IMG/VR virus record: IMGVR_UViG_3300043410_001242 | Origin: a virus | DNA: 64,000 nt | Reading direction: 5' to 3' (one strand) | Translations under genes and position numbers: made by a program | Notes under the pieces: generated by a model | Seen by the model: only the letters and a program-made list of their open reading frames with translations | Database searches by the model: none | What the model was told of the DNA's origin: nothing | Part shown: piece after piece, positions 34,300 to 44,991 of the stretch | Layout: the number at the start of each line of letters is the position of its first letter | Position numbering within the stretch: the first letter of the stretch is position 1

Positions 34300-34797
34300 A
34301 TGTTTATTATACAACTGATACTAGAGAAGGTTTATGAGTTTATCGTAAGCAATTTATTATCTCTAGGTTCTCTCGGTTTAGTATTCTCTTTTGTGGCAAA
34401 GTTTATACCCCAAGTATGGCCGTATAAACGTCCGATACAGATTGCATCAGTTATTATATTGTTGGTTGGTTCATACCTTCAAGGTGGTATCAACAAAGAA
34501 AAAGAATTTCAACAGAAAATTGTTGAAATGCAAATTAAATTAGATGAAGCTGAAAAGTATTCCAAACAAGAAAGTTCTAGAGTGGAAGAAGAAGTCAATA
34601 AGAGACTTAGTGAAATAAAGGGAAAAGTAAATGAAACTAAAAAACAGATTGACAAACACAAAACTGTTATTGATTCTGAGTGTAAGTTATCTGATGTTGC
34701 AAGGATGCTCTACAACCGTTCCGTTAACAATGAAGTTTCCCGAGGCACCGAAGAGTCTAATGACTCCTCCACCTCAACTAGAACCGTTAAAAAGTAA
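34300..34797 (+). CDS. i-spanin (Rz-like)
   Basis: N-terminal TM segments, coiled coil, C-terminal Cys; follows endolysin. Confidence 0.7.
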   Translation: MFIIQLILEKVYEFIVSNLLSLGSLGLVFSFVAKFIPQVWPYKRPIQIASVIILLVGSYLQGGINKEKEFQQKIVEMQIKLDEAEKYSKQESSRVEEEVNKRLSEIKGKVNETKKQIDKHKTVIDSECKLSDVARMLYNRSVNNEVSRGTEESNDSSTSTRTVKK

Positions 34798-34924
34798 TAA
34801 TGTTAGTGACTTGTTATATAATGCTAATGACAACTATGGAAAATATTATGAGTTAAAACAAAAGTATCTTGCCTGGCAGGAATGGTATAAATCACAGAAA
34901 CAAATATACAGTGATATAAAATAA
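34631..34924 (+). CDS. o-spanin lipoprotein (Rz1-like), overlapping i-spanin
   Basis: lipobox LQGC, Pro-rich FPEAP..LMTPPPQL; overlapping frame. Confidence 0.75.
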   Translation: MKLKNRLTNTKLLLILSVSYLMLQGCSTTVPLTMKFPEAPKSLMTPPPQLEPLKSNNVSDLLYNANDNYGKYYELKQKYLAWQEWYKSQKQIYSDIK

Positions 34925-35265
34925 TGGAACTGCCAGAGAATATACAGGTTAATAGTATGTTTTTGATGTATTTGGTATTGGTTATAGTTTTACTTGTTTT
35001 TGTTCGATTTTTGCTAAGAATTGATCATGATAAAAAAGTAACATATAGTTTAATGGACTTAATTGTTGATGATGGTAAGATCCAAGAAAGAAAGGTCACC
35101 AGACTAGGTACATGGATAGTTTCTACTTGGGGGTTTGTTTACTTAATAATTGAAAACAAATTGGACGAGTGGTATTTTGTAGGATATATGGGTGTTTGGG
35201 TTGCAAATGCCATTCTCGGAAAAATTAAATCAGTAAACGACAACCAGGAAGATACAAATGCCTGA
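34924..35265 (+). CDS. holin candidate
   Basis: 2-3 TM segments, in lysis cassette. Confidence 0.5.
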   Translation: MELPENIQVNSMFLMYLVLVIVLLVFVRFLLRIDHDKKVTYSLMDLIVDDGKIQERKVTRLGTWIVSTWGFVYLIIENKLDEWYFVGYMGVWVANAILGKIKSVNDNQEDTNA

Positions 35266-35674
35266 TGATCTAACTCAAGTTAAAGTTGATGTGGGTGTCT
35301 TGAAATCCCAAACCGCAACATTAACTACCCTGTGTGAAAAAATGGACAGGGTAATCGAAAAAATAGTTTCACAACAGGAAAAGTATATCTCACAGGTCTA
35401 CGATGACATGGAAAAAAGACGACAGGAAAAAAACGAGGAACTCAAAGAAGTTAATAAGAGAATCGATACTGTCATTGATAAAGTTGAATTGACCGAGCGC
35501 CGCATCATGGACGAGATCCGTGACCTTAGGCAACAAATAACCAAGAGTAACGAAAAGGAAGAACAGGCCATCCATAAGTTAAACGAATGGAAGTGGACCA
35601 TAGCCGGTGGAATTATTGTAATTTCATGGTTGATTTCTCACGTGGATTTTGATACAATAGCCAAACTGTTTTAA
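35258..35674 (+). CDS. coiled-coil protein with C-terminal TM
   Basis: heptad pattern then WKWTIAGGIIVISW; typical before gp61. Confidence 0.6.
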   Translation: MPDDLTQVKVDVGVLKSQTATLTTLCEKMDRVIEKIVSQQEKYISQVYDDMEKRRQEKNEELKEVNKRIDTVIDKVELTERRIMDEIRDLRQQITKSNEKEEQAIHKLNEWKWTIAGGIIVISWLISHVDFDTIAKLF

Positions 35675-35692
35675 CAACCAATCATTTTCGTC

Positions 35693-36709
35693 ATGAGTGT
35701 ATATCTTGATCGCAGTTACCTGATGCAGGTTTCTCCTAAACTTGTCCGTTTCTCACAGAAAAAGGAAGACCTCTACAACTTTAGATGCCCCATCTGCGGA
35801 GACTCGCAGAAGAACAAGACCAGGTGTCGAGGATACGTTTATCGTAAGAAGAACGACTACTTCTATAGGTGTCACAATTGTGGCGCCTCCTTGACATTCT
35901 ATCAGTTCCTGGATAAAGTCGATCCAGATCTTGTCAGACAATATGCTCTAGACAGATATAAGAATGGTGAAACGGGAACACATAATTACCCTAAACCAGA
36001 CTTTAATGAATTCAAATCAAAGCCTGTCTTTAAAAACAAGACTAAGATTAATCTCGATTCGATTGATCAGTTACCTGAAGATCATTTTGCAAAAGTATAT
36101 TGTAAAAATAGATTAATACCTTCAGAAAAACTTAAAAATCTGTATTACACCTCCGATTTTAAGAAGTTTGTCTCTGAAATTGGTGTTAAAAAGGATAAAT
36201 TGGTTGACGGTGACCATCGACTTGTGATACCATTCTACGACAAAGACGGTAATTTAATTGCCTGTCAAGGCCGTGCTCTTGGCGAATCCAAGATGAGATA
36301 CATAACTGTGAAACTGCAAGATGAAGGACATAAGTTCTTCGGTCTTGATACTGTGAATGAAGAAGAAACAATCTATGTTGTAGAAGGACCTATCGATTCA
36401 TTATTCTTAAACAATGCAATCGCAACCGCAGATTCAAATCTAACCTCAGCAACAGAGGCATTTGATAAATCAAAATTTGTTTTGGTGTTTGATAATGAAC
36501 CAAGAAACAAAGAAATTGCCAGTCTAATGGAAAAGGCCATTGATAACCACTTCAGTGTTGTTATCTGGCCTGATATGATCACTAAGAAAGATATTAATGA
36601 AATGGTATTGGATGGATTATCACCTGATGACATTCAAGATATTATAGAAAGGAACACATTTGTTAATTTAAGAGCGAAGATGGAATTTATTAATTGGAAG
36701 AAAGTATGA
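35693..36709 (+). CDS. 61: DNA primase gp61
   Basis: FRCPICGDS, CHNCG, VVEGPIDSLF, FDNEPRN, KDINEM. Confidence 0.96.
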   Translation: MSVYLDRSYLMQVSPKLVRFSQKKEDLYNFRCPICGDSQKNKTRCRGYVYRKKNDYFYRCHNCGASLTFYQFLDKVDPDLVRQYALDRYKNGETGTHNYPKPDFNEFKSKPVFKNKTKINLDSIDQLPEDHFAKVYCKNRLIPSEKLKNLYYTSDFKKFVSEIGVKKDKLVDGDHRLVIPFYDKDGNLIACQGRALGESKMRYITVKLQDEGHKFFGLDTVNEEETIYVVEGPIDSLFLNNAIATADSNLTSATEAFDKSKFVLVFDNEPRNKEIASLMEKAIDNHFSVVIWPDMITKKDINEMVLDGLSPDDIQDIIERNTFVNLRAKMEFINWKKV

Positions 36710-37359
36710 AAGTAACATTGAAATCATTTACACACGATGCTGAAGGTGGTCGTAATTTATTAGAACAAATCGCGTATGTCGCAAGGGTATCAAACCCATC
36801 AAATCAAAATAATGATCAAACTGCTGAGAAACTTGTAAATTATCTAGTCAAACATAAACACTGGTCTCCACTTGAAATGGTAGACGCAACCCTAGAAATT
36901 GAAACTACTAGAGATATCGCAAGACAAATCCTTAGACACCGTTCATTTGTATTTCAAGAATTCAGTCAGAGATATGCAGATCCTACTAAGGATTTGGGAT
37001 TTGTAACTAGAGATGCTAGATTGCAAGATCCAAAGAACCGTCAGAATAGTATAGAAATACCAAACCTCCCACTCCAAGAACAATGGGAGACGCAACAAAA
37101 AATCATTACGAATGCTGCACAGGTTGCATATAAATGGGCTATTGTTAATGGTATTGCAAAAGAACAAGCGAGAGCAGTTCTACCAGAAGGTCTAACAGTA
37201 TCAAGAATGTATATGAAAGGATCTATTCGTTCTTGGATTCACTATATACAAATACGTTCTGGAATAGAGACTCAAAAAGAACACCGTGAAGTTGCAATTG
37301 CATGTGCAGAAGCAATTGAACCTATTTTCCCAATGATTAAGGAGTTTGTAAATGAATAG
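36706..37359 (+). CDS. thyX: flavin-dependent thymidylate synthase
   Basis: ARVSNP, HWSPLE, RQILRHRSF.FQEFSQRY, EQARAVLP. Confidence 0.95.
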   Translation: MKVTLKSFTHDAEGGRNLLEQIAYVARVSNPSNQNNDQTAEKLVNYLVKHKHWSPLEMVDATLEIETTRDIARQILRHRSFVFQEFSQRYADPTKDLGFVTRDARLQDPKNRQNSIEIPNLPLQEQWETQQKIITNAAQVAYKWAIVNGIAKEQARAVLPEGLTVSRMYMKGSIRSWIHYIQIRSGIETQKEHREVAIACAEAIEPIFPMIKEFVNE

Positions 37360-37711
37360 TCATGATGATGTAAAAGTTTTTATGGAGGCCTGTGGTCAAA
37401 CTGAAACAGGGTTTGGTGAACAATCCAATCTATATTGGAACTTAATCAAAGAAGAATTTGATGAACTATATGAAGCTCTCTGCAATAAGGACCTTGTTGA
37501 AGTTGCAGATGCTTGTGCTGATCTTAAATGGGTAATCGAGGGTCTAGAACACACTCTAAATATTCCGCAACAGGAAGTCTGGGATGAAGTCGCAAGAAGC
37601 AATCTGCAAAAGGTAGATCCAATTACAGGAAAGGTTCTTAAGAGAGCAGACGGAAAGGTTATGAAGCCTGAAGGATGGACACCACCAGATATTAAATCAA
37701 TTTTTGAATAA
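37352..37711 (+). CDS. MazG/PRA-PH-like NTP pyrophosphohydrolase
   Basis: LIKEEFDEL, EVADACADL, EV.RSN.K, DGKVMKP.GW.PP. Confidence 0.85.
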   Translation: MNSHDDVKVFMEACGQTETGFGEQSNLYWNLIKEEFDELYEALCNKDLVEVADACADLKWVIEGLEHTLNIPQQEVWDEVARSNLQKVDPITGKVLKRADGKVMKPEGWTPPDIKSIFE

Positions 37712-37731
37712 TAATAAGAAGCGAGAGAAAA

Positions 37732-39540
37732 ATGGAAGAATACCTTGGTTTACAAATTGATTTAGATAGAGATTCTTTGTTTGATGAATTGGGCATCAAA
37801 CGATTACAAGAATCTTATATGCGTGAGGACGAAACGTCACCACAACATCGTTTTGCTTTTGTTTCTAAAGCATTTGGTTCCAATCTGGAACACTCACAAA
37901 GACTATATAATTATGCTAGTAAACATTGGTTATCATATTCTACTCCCATTCTTTCGTTCGGTCGTAGTAAAAGAGGGTTGCCAATATCATGTTTCTTAAA
38001 CTTTATAGAAGATACTGCGGAGGGATTAGTTGACAACTTATCGGAAACCAATTGGCTTAGTATGCTCGGCGGTGGGGTTGGCATTGGCTTTGGTATTCGT
38101 TCCGCTGATGATAAGTCTACTGGTGTTATGCCGCATCTTAAGATCTATGACTCCAGTTCTTTGGCTTACAGACAGGGACGTACTCGTAGGGGTTCTTATG
38201 CTGCTTATCTTGACATATCTCATCCTGATATAATTTCATTCTTAGAAATGAGAAAACCAACGGGCGATCCTAACGTCCGTTGTTTGAACTTACATCATGG
38301 TGTTAATATTACAGATGACTTCATGCACATCATTGAAAAGTGCATGATTGATCCAGAATCGAATGATGATTGGGAATTGAAAGATCCACACACCGGTGAA
38401 GTCAGAGAAGTGGTTTCAGCTAAGCACCTATGGCAGATGTTAATCGAAATCAGAATGCAGACTGGTGAACCTTATTTGCACTTTATTGACACAAGTAACA
38501 GACAGTTACCAGATTTTTTAAAGAAAAGAGGTTTGAAAATTAATCAATCTAATCTTTGTTCAGAGATTATATTGCCAACAAATGAAGAGAGAACTGCTGT
38601 ATGTTGTTTATCATCACTCAACTTGGAATATTTCGATGATTGGAAGAATGATACTAATTTCTTGCGTGACGTTGCTGAAATGCTTGATAATGTCCTTCAG
38701 TATTTCATTGATAATGCTCCTGATTCTATCTCTAGGGCACGCCATAGCGCATATAGGGAGCGCTCAATTGGTGTTGGTGCTCTTGGCTTCCATGCCTATC
38801 TGCAACGCAATAGAATTGCTTTTGAAGGTGTTATGGCCAAAGTTGCAAATAACAGAATCTTCAAACATATCAAAGAAGGTTTAGACATTGCTAATATTGA
38901 GATCGGAAAAGAACGTGGAGAGGCCCCTGACGCTGAAGGAACTGGTCGTAGATTCTCACACACATGTGCTATTGCTCCTAATGCATCTTCTTCCATCATC
39001 ATGGGGAACACTTCTCCTAGTATAGAACCATATAGAGCCAACGCATATAGACAGGATACATTATCTGGTGCTTTCATGAATAAGAATAAGCATCTCGACA
39101 CTGTTATTCGTGAATATTGCAACAGTCCAACGCCAGACGGAAAGATTGGAATGGATTATGATGAAATCTGGTCTTCTATCATTGCAAATGATGGGTCTGT
39201 ACAACATTTGTCATGGATGGACGAAATGACTAAAGATGTATTCAAAACATCTATGGAAATTGACCAAAGATGGATTGTAGAATTGGCTGCTGATAGACAG
39301 AATCACATTGACCAATCACAATCTTTGAATTTATTCTTTAGACCTGATGCCAATATTAAATATGTCCACGCTATTCATTTTATGGCATGGAAGAAAGGTG
39401 TAAAGACTCTTTATTACTGTCGTTCAGAGAAAATTGGAAAAGCGGATAAGGTTTCCAAGAAAATTGAAAGAGAAGTTATCAAAGAACTTGATATGACTCA
39501 AATCGCACAAGGAAATGATTGTATTGCATGTGAAGGATAA
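37732..39540 (+). CDS. nrdA: class Ia ribonucleotide reductase alpha subunit (no ATP-cone)
   Basis: PISCF, SNLCSEI, IAPNASSS, TLYY, C-terminal CIACEG. Confidence 0.95.
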   Translation: MEEYLGLQIDLDRDSLFDELGIKRLQESYMREDETSPQHRFAFVSKAFGSNLEHSQRLYNYASKHWLSYSTPILSFGRSKRGLPISCFLNFIEDTAEGLVDNLSETNWLSMLGGGVGIGFGIRSADDKSTGVMPHLKIYDSSSLAYRQGRTRRGSYAAYLDISHPDIISFLEMRKPTGDPNVRCLNLHHGVNITDDFMHIIEKCMIDPESNDDWELKDPHTGEVREVVSAKHLWQMLIEIRMQTGEPYLHFIDTSNRQLPDFLKKRGLKINQSNLCSEIILPTNEERTAVCCLSSLNLEYFDDWKNDTNFLRDVAEMLDNVLQYFIDNAPDSISRARHSAYRERSIGVGALGFHAYLQRNRIAFEGVMAKVANNRIFKHIKEGLDIANIEIGKERGEAPDAEGTGRRFSHTCAIAPNASSSIIMGNTSPSIEPYRANAYRQDTLSGAFMNKNKHLDTVIREYCNSPTPDGKIGMDYDEIWSSIIANDGSVQHLSWMDEMTKDVFKTSMEIDQRWIVELAADRQNHIDQSQSLNLFFRPDANIKYVHAIHFMAWKKGVKTLYYCRSEKIGKADKVSKKIEREVIKELDMTQIAQGNDCIACEG

Positions 39541-39543
39541 TTT

Positions 39544-40065
39544 ATGGACCATGATACTGATGAACGTATGGTTAAACTGTTTGATGATGTTTTGTGCCCA
39601 GAACAATGTTCAGAGATCTATAATAGATTAATCAGTGAAGAGTGTTGGTCATTTACAGGACATAGTACCTTTCGTGAAGAAGGGTACATGTTTTGGCAAC
39701 ACGATCTAACAAATAATGATTTTTATTCCGATTTCTTTTTCAATAGAATATTAGAGATAACAGAACAAGATTTTGAATTGGTCAGAGTGTATGCAAATGG
39801 ACAGACCTATGGCCAACCAGGTCATTTGCATGTGGACGGTGAATGTACTGATACTTTCTTATATTATGCAAATCCTGAATGGGATGTCTCTTGGGGTGGT
39901 CATACTGTATTCTGCAATTCTGAAACACTTGAAAATTTCAGTTTTTTACCTAAACCAAATTCAGCTTTGCTGTTTGATAGTCACATACTACATTGTGGAA
40001 TGGATCCATCCAGACATTGTTATGACCTTAGAATATCAATCGCGTTTAAGTTGAAAAGGAAATGA
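39544..40065 (+). CDS. 2OG-Fe(II) oxygenase
   Basis: YANGQT..HVD, WGG.T, HCG, RISIAFK. Confidence 0.8.
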   Translation: MDHDTDERMVKLFDDVLCPEQCSEIYNRLISEECWSFTGHSTFREEGYMFWQHDLTNNDFYSDFFFNRILEITEQDFELVRVYANGQTYGQPGHLHVDGECTDTFLYYANPEWDVSWGGHTVFCNSETLENFSFLPKPNSALLFDSHILHCGMDPSRHCYDLRISIAFKLKRK

Positions 40066-40652
40066 TATACGCTGATTATATATACACCAAGAAAGTCAAT
40101 TTAGACTTAAATAAGATTCGTCAAAGTTGTTTTGTAATGCAAGATTACATTTTTTCTACTTTTGGTAATCAAACCAAATATTACACTGGAGAATCAACAT
40201 TGACAACACAACTATTTCTCAATTATAATTTACTGATGTATCCTAAACCGGGATTTCATCAATTATACTCAGAAATAAAAAACTTCTTCCATGAAGTATA
40301 TGATGGAACATATGAATCATTTTATATGCAAAGTTGGTTGAACTTCTATAATAAGGATGATTTCATAGATTGGCATAGTCACTGGCCAAAAGAAAAGGAA
40401 TCATGGCATGGTTTTTTCTGTGTTGACTGTGGTGAAAACATGAGTGGAACTTTATATCGAATAATGGACGTTCAGAATGAGATATTTGTTCCAAGTGAGA
40501 ACAATTTATTGGTTATAAGTAAAAGTGAGAAAGACATACATAAATCGACCGAGTGGTTAGATGAAAGAAATCCAAGAATAACTATTGCTTTCGATATAAT
40601 TCCAGACAAACACATCGATGTCAATTTACCAAACCACTGGATACCAACTTGA
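40062..40652 (+). CDS. 2OG-Fe(II) oxygenase-like protein
   Basis: SWLN, WHSH, HKS, RITIAFD. Confidence 0.65.
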   Translation: MIYADYIYTKKVNLDLNKIRQSCFVMQDYIFSTFGNQTKYYTGESTLTTQLFLNYNLLMYPKPGFHQLYSEIKNFFHEVYDGTYESFYMQSWLNFYNKDDFIDWHSHWPKEKESWHGFFCVDCGENMSGTLYRIMDVQNEIFVPSENNLLVISKSEKDIHKSTEWLDERNPRITIAFDIIPDKHIDVNLPNHWIPT

Positions 40653-40663
40653 TAGGATTATTA

Positions 40664-41644
40664 ATGAAGAAAATTAACAACTTAACAGAAGAACGGGCAT
40701 ATTTTAAACCATTTAATTATCCTTGGGCGTATGATGCTTGGTTAAAACACGAACAATCACATTGGCTTCACACAGAAGTTCCTATGCTTGAGGACGTTAA
40801 AGACTGGAAGAAAAAATTAACAAATGAAGAAAAACATTTTCTCACGCAAATTTTTAGATTTTTTACACAGGGAGACATTGACGTTGCTGGCGGTTATGTG
40901 CGTAATTATCTGCCTTATTTCCCTCAACCTGAAATTCGGATGATGTTGACTGGATTTGCAGCAAGAGAGGCATTACACATTGCTGCATATTCACACCTAA
41001 TCGAAACTCTTGGTTTACCAGAAACGACCTATAATGAATTTCTAGAATATACCGAAATGAAAGAGAAACATGACTATGTTATGGATCTTTCATCTAGAAA
41101 TGGAACAAAAGAGAATACAGCCAGACATATTGCAGTATTCTCAGCATTCACTGAAGGTATGCAACTTTTTTCTTCTTTTATTATGTTGCTTAATTTCCCC
41201 AGACATGGTAAAATGAAGGGTATGGGACAGATTGTTACTTGGTCGATTGTTGATGAGACTCAACATGCAGAATCGATGATCAAATTATTCAAGACCTACA
41301 TAGAAGAAAATCGTGAGATATGGAATGATGAACTGAAGTCTTCAATCTACACGGTTGCAGAAAGAATGGTTGAATTAGAGGATAAGTTTATTGATCTTGC
41401 ATTTTCTACCGGTGCAATGGAAAACATTACACACGAAGATGTAAAGAAATATATTCGTTATATCGCTGATCGCCGTTTGATCTCTATGGGACTCAAGGGC
41501 ATCTTCAAAGTAAAAAAGAACCCTTTGCCTTGGGTAGAGGAAATGATTAACGCACCAACACATACTAACTTTTTTGAGAATAGAGCTACAGACTATGCAA
41601 AAGGCGCACTAACAGGAAGTTGGGGTGATGTATGGGCTCATTAA
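40664..41644 (+). CDS. nrdB: ribonucleotide reductase beta subunit
   Basis: FFTQGD, EALH..AY, EG.QLFSSF, DETQH, NFFE. Confidence 0.95.
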   Translation: MKKINNLTEERAYFKPFNYPWAYDAWLKHEQSHWLHTEVPMLEDVKDWKKKLTNEEKHFLTQIFRFFTQGDIDVAGGYVRNYLPYFPQPEIRMMLTGFAAREALHIAAYSHLIETLGLPETTYNEFLEYTEMKEKHDYVMDLSSRNGTKENTARHIAVFSAFTEGMQLFSSFIMLLNFPRHGKMKGMGQIVTWSIVDETQHAESMIKLFKTYIEENREIWNDELKSSIYTVAERMVELEDKFIDLAFSTGAMENITHEDVKKYIRYIADRRLISMGLKGIFKVKKNPLPWVEEMINAPTHTNFFENRATDYAKGALTGSWGDVWAH

Positions 41645-41656
41645 CAAGGAATACAA

Positions 41657-41851
41657 ATGTCATTACACAAATCAATCAATGGAGAATGTTCATACTGTGA
41701 ATCTGCATTTTTGATCAATTACTCAGATATGTTAGCATCTAAAGAATATCCAGAATTCTGTCCTTTTTGCGGTGAACCCATCGAAGAATTGTCTGAAGAC
41801 TATATAGAAGAGTCTGAAGATGAATTTGAAGATGAGGAAACATGGCATTAG
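41657..41851 (+). CDS. small zinc-ribbon protein
   Basis: CSYC and FCPFCG, acidic tail. Confidence 0.65.
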   Translation: MSLHKSINGECSYCESAFLINYSDMLASKEYPEFCPFCGEPIEELSEDYIEESEDEFEDEETWH

Positions 41852-42249
41852 AATGGAAATATAATAACGAGATATTCACAGAAGAAATGATTGGTGATAA
41901 CTATGGATTCGTCTATATTATCACCAACAACTCTACAAACAAAAAATACATTGGTAAAAAATTCTTTTATTCCACTAAAACAAAACAAGTTAAAGGCAAA
42001 AGAAAAAGAATTAAAGTATCCAGTGATTGGCAATCTTATTATGGCTCAAATGAGGTACTGAAGGGTGATGTAAAATTATTAGGTGAAGAAAATTTCAGTA
42101 GAGAAATCATACACTTATGTAAATCCAAAGGTGTATGTGGTTATCTAGAAGCAAAAGAACAATTTATTCGTAATGTACTTGAAACTGACGATTATTATAA
42201 TACATGGATTATGGTGAGAGTCAGACAATCACACCTAAAAGGTATTTAA
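41842..42249 (+). CDS. GIY-YIG nuclease, endonuclease II (DenA)-like
   Basis: GFVYII..KYIGKK, W.SYYGS, FSREI, YYN; after nrdB. Confidence 0.75.
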   Translation: MALEWKYNNEIFTEEMIGDNYGFVYIITNNSTNKKYIGKKFFYSTKTKQVKGKRKRIKVSSDWQSYYGSNEVLKGDVKLLGEENFSREIIHLCKSKGVCGYLEAKEQFIRNVLETDDYYNTWIMVRVRQSHLKGI

Positions 42250-42597
42250 ATGCTAAAAGTTTTTGAAGATTCTGGTATTAAAGGTTCCAAATTCGATTGT
42301 TTAACGTTTATGCCATCGGAAGATGATAATGTTAGAATCGAAGCTGGTCAGTTACAAACGCAGGGTGAAAAAGTGGGTGGTAGTTCTCTGGGTGACTCTT
42401 ATCAGATAGTGTTATTCAAAGAAGATGATGAAGGACAACCGACACACATAGATCAGTTCAATGCCATTCTTGGATGTCCCTTGGAATACGCCTCCTTTCT
42501 CATTCCAGCTGGATGGTATGGTCTAATACTCAAACATACAACAACATCACCAGAGATTGTGGAAGAGTTGCTTGGTAGGATCAAATCGTATGCTTGA
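42250..42597 (+). CDS. hypothetical protein
   Basis: abutting ORF. Confidence 0.55.
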   Translation: MLKVFEDSGIKGSKFDCLTFMPSEDDNVRIEAGQLQTQGEKVGGSSLGDSYQIVLFKEDDEGQPTHIDQFNAILGCPLEYASFLIPAGWYGLILKHTTTSPEIVEELLGRIKSYA

Positions 42598-42652
42598 CAA
42601 GTTGTTGAAAATGTGATATCATGTTAAAACAATAAACTATGGATGTTAAATC

Positions 42653-43513
42653 ATGATACTCGTTGATCTCAATCAAGTTCTACTGTCTGGCTTGATGGCA
42701 CAAATCTCAGGACAGAAAAAAGTCAACTATAATGAGGATCTTATTAGACATATGATCCTGAACATTCTCAGAAATCACATTAAGACGTTTAAATCTGATT
42801 ACGGCGAAGTTATTCTATGTTGTGATAACAGAAAGTATTGGAGGAAAGAATATTTTCCTTTCTACAAGGCTCACAGAAAAAAGAATCGTGAAAAATCAGA
42901 CCTTGACTGGCATCTTATCTTTGATATGCTGGCCAAGTTTAAAGACGAACTAAAAGAAAACTTTCCGTATAAGGTAATTGATGTTGAAGGCGCAGAGGCT
43001 GATGATATTATTGGTACTCTTGTTCCTAGACACATCATGCATGAAAATATTGTAATTATTTCTAGTGACGGTGACTTCCTACAGTTGCAGAGATACAACA
43101 ATCAAAATTATACTGTCAAACAATATAATCCTGCACAAAAGAAGTATATCACATCAGAAAATCCGGTTTCTGAACTTAAACAGAAAATCATTCAAGGAGA
43201 TAAGGGTGACGGTATTCCTAACATACTCTCTCCTAGCGACTGTTTTGTTCGTGAAGTCAGACAAAAACCTATCACTAAGGGTAATTTGACAAAATTGTTG
43301 TCTGAAGACTTCTCTAATTGCAGTAATGACTATATCAAAGCTGGTTTTCTTCGTAATCAAACTTTGATTGACCTCTCGTTTATTCCTACAGAAATAAAGC
43401 AGAGAATCATAAATAGTTACGACGAGTTTAAGCCAGCACCTAAACAGAAACTTTTTAATTATTTTGTCGAAAAGAAATTGATGAATCTAATTGATAGTAT
43501 TGGTGATTATTAA
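42653..43513 (+). CDS. rnh: T4-type RNase H / 5'-3' exonuclease
   Basis: ILVDLNQ, YWR..YK..R, EADDIIG, SSDGDF.QL, GDKGDGIPN; promoter TTGACA 42594. Confidence 0.93.
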   Translation: MILVDLNQVLLSGLMAQISGQKKVNYNEDLIRHMILNILRNHIKTFKSDYGEVILCCDNRKYWRKEYFPFYKAHRKKNREKSDLDWHLIFDMLAKFKDELKENFPYKVIDVEGAEADDIIGTLVPRHIMHENIVIISSDGDFLQLQRYNNQNYTVKQYNPAQKKYITSENPVSELKQKIIQGDKGDGIPNILSPSDCFVREVRQKPITKGNLTKLLSEDFSNCSNDYIKAGFLRNQTLIDLSFIPTEIKQRIINSYDEFKPAPKQKLFNYFVEKKLMNLIDSIGDY

Positions 43514-43935
43514 TGAAAAATATCTATGAGGTGTTTGATGAATTCGAACAAGCAAACACAAAGAAACAAAAAATTCAAACGATAGAGAAAAACCTATCAA
43601 AAGCACTCTACGAGGTGCTTCTATTCACTTTCCATCCAGACTATGAATGGAAAGTCAGTGAATTCCCAGAAGAATATCGAATACCTGATACAAAACCAGG
43701 AATCTCTTATTGTCAAATCGGTACAGAACTAAGAAGAATGTATCTTTTTAGAAAAAATGACATCACAGCTGAAACTTTGAGTGATCGCAAGAGAAAAGAA
43801 CTCTTAATCCAGTTTCTAGAGTCTCTGGAACCAAGAGAGGCAGAAGTTGTTATGGGTATTTTTAAAAAAGATCAAGGAGTTAATGGACTAACTTATGAAT
43901 TTGTCAAGGAATGTTTCCCTGACATGTTACCTTAA
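43513..43935 (+). CDS. conserved T4-like hypothetical protein
   Basis: IYEVF, ELRRMYLF, LIQFLESLEPREA, FPDMLP. Confidence 0.7.
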   Translation: MKNIYEVFDEFEQANTKKQKIQTIEKNLSKALYEVLLFTFHPDYEWKVSEFPEEYRIPDTKPGISYCQIGTELRRMYLFRKNDITAETLSDRKRKELLIQFLESLEPREAEVVMGIFKKDQGVNGLTYEFVKECFPDMLP

Positions 43936-43982
43936 CTGCCGGGTATAAAAACAACGGCACACAATAACGTAGGAGCAACAAA

Positions 43983-44183
43983 GTGTCAAAAAATCTAGCA
44001 AAATTTCATTCAAATCATCTCTATGATGAAGACTATGAAGGTTTTGGTGGTCATTTTATGAAAAGCAAGAAGAAAGTTGATAATAGTGTTGAAGTTAAAC
44101 GCAGTAAAAATGCAACAACCACTCGTTTTAAAGCAAAAAACTACAAAGAATACGGCCGCGATGAGGATTTTTACTACGAATAG
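43983..44183 (+). CDS. hypothetical protein
   Basis: SD AGGAG, GTG start. Confidence 0.5.
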   Translation: MSKNLAKFHSNHLYDEDYEGFGGHFMKSKKKVDNSVEVKRSKNATTTRFKAKNYKEYGRDEDFYYE

Positions 44184-44252
44184 CTAAAATTGTTGACAAA
44201 GTTTTTGGAACGTGTTACAATGTATGCTTAATTGAACACCGGAAACTTAATT

Positions 44253-44600
44253 ATGATGATTTATGCTCGTGTACCACGTTCCAAACCGAAACGCAAACCA
44301 AAAAATGTCGAAATCACCAAAAAAGTTGTAGCTCAAGCGCCTCTTAAGCGTCTTACTAACTACAATCTGTCTATTCCTGGCGACAGAATCAGTCCGGACT
44401 ACAAGTCTGTTGATACCGGCGTCACCGGAGCACTCACAAAATCTGGAATTATGCGTGATTATCACAAACTTTCAGATGAAGATCGTAAAATTGTAGAGAA
44501 AGTAGGTCAATGCCTAGCTCCCCTTCATAAAGGCAACTACATTTATGTCTCTGAAGGCATGAATCCTGCTTCTCTTGGACGTAAAAATGAGGTACTCTAA
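44253..44600 (+). CDS. conserved basic hypothetical protein
   Basis: APLHKGNY..V; promoter TTGACA 44193-TACAAT 44216. Confidence 0.6.
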   Translation: MMIYARVPRSKPKRKPKNVEITKKVVAQAPLKRLTNYNLSIPGDRISPDYKSVDTGVTGALTKSGIMRDYHKLSDEDRKIVEKVGQCLAPLHKGNYIYVSEGMNPASLGRKNEVL

Positions 44601-44763
44601 TGTTTCCAGAGCATGATCCAGAAGAATTTATGAGAAATATGTACGAAGATTGTGTAACTTTCGATGATTTGACTGAAGATGAACTAAAAATTCAATTACA
44701 ATCATATAAAATGATGCAAAAACTAGCAGAACAAGGAAAAACTATCTGGAATTTCGATCAAGA

Positions 44764-44991
44764 ATGGTTGATGTAATGCAAAAATCAGAACCTAAAGAGT
44801 ATTATACCTTTACTGAAGTGGTAAAAGACCCGTTTAATGAGTTATCAGACGATCTTTGGATCACAATTCATGAAGATGTTATTGAAGAATTGGGTTGGGA
44901 TGATAAAACACTCTTAAAATCTACTGTAAAGTTGGGTAACAGAGGCAATGTATTGGTCATTGAACGGATCGATGATCTTGACAACACCTAG
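44764..44991 (+). CDS. AbrB-like small protein
   Basis: V.KDP....L.I.I.EDVIEELGW. Confidence 0.45.
   Translation: MVDVMQKSEPKEYYTFTEVVKDPFNELSDDLWITIHEDVIEELGWDDKTLLKSTVKLGNRGNVLVIERIDDLDNT

Noticed and set aside
13231-41644. Introns or inteins in gp43, gp41, nrdA, nrdB, thyX
   Set aside because: All are uninterrupted and of ordinary length.
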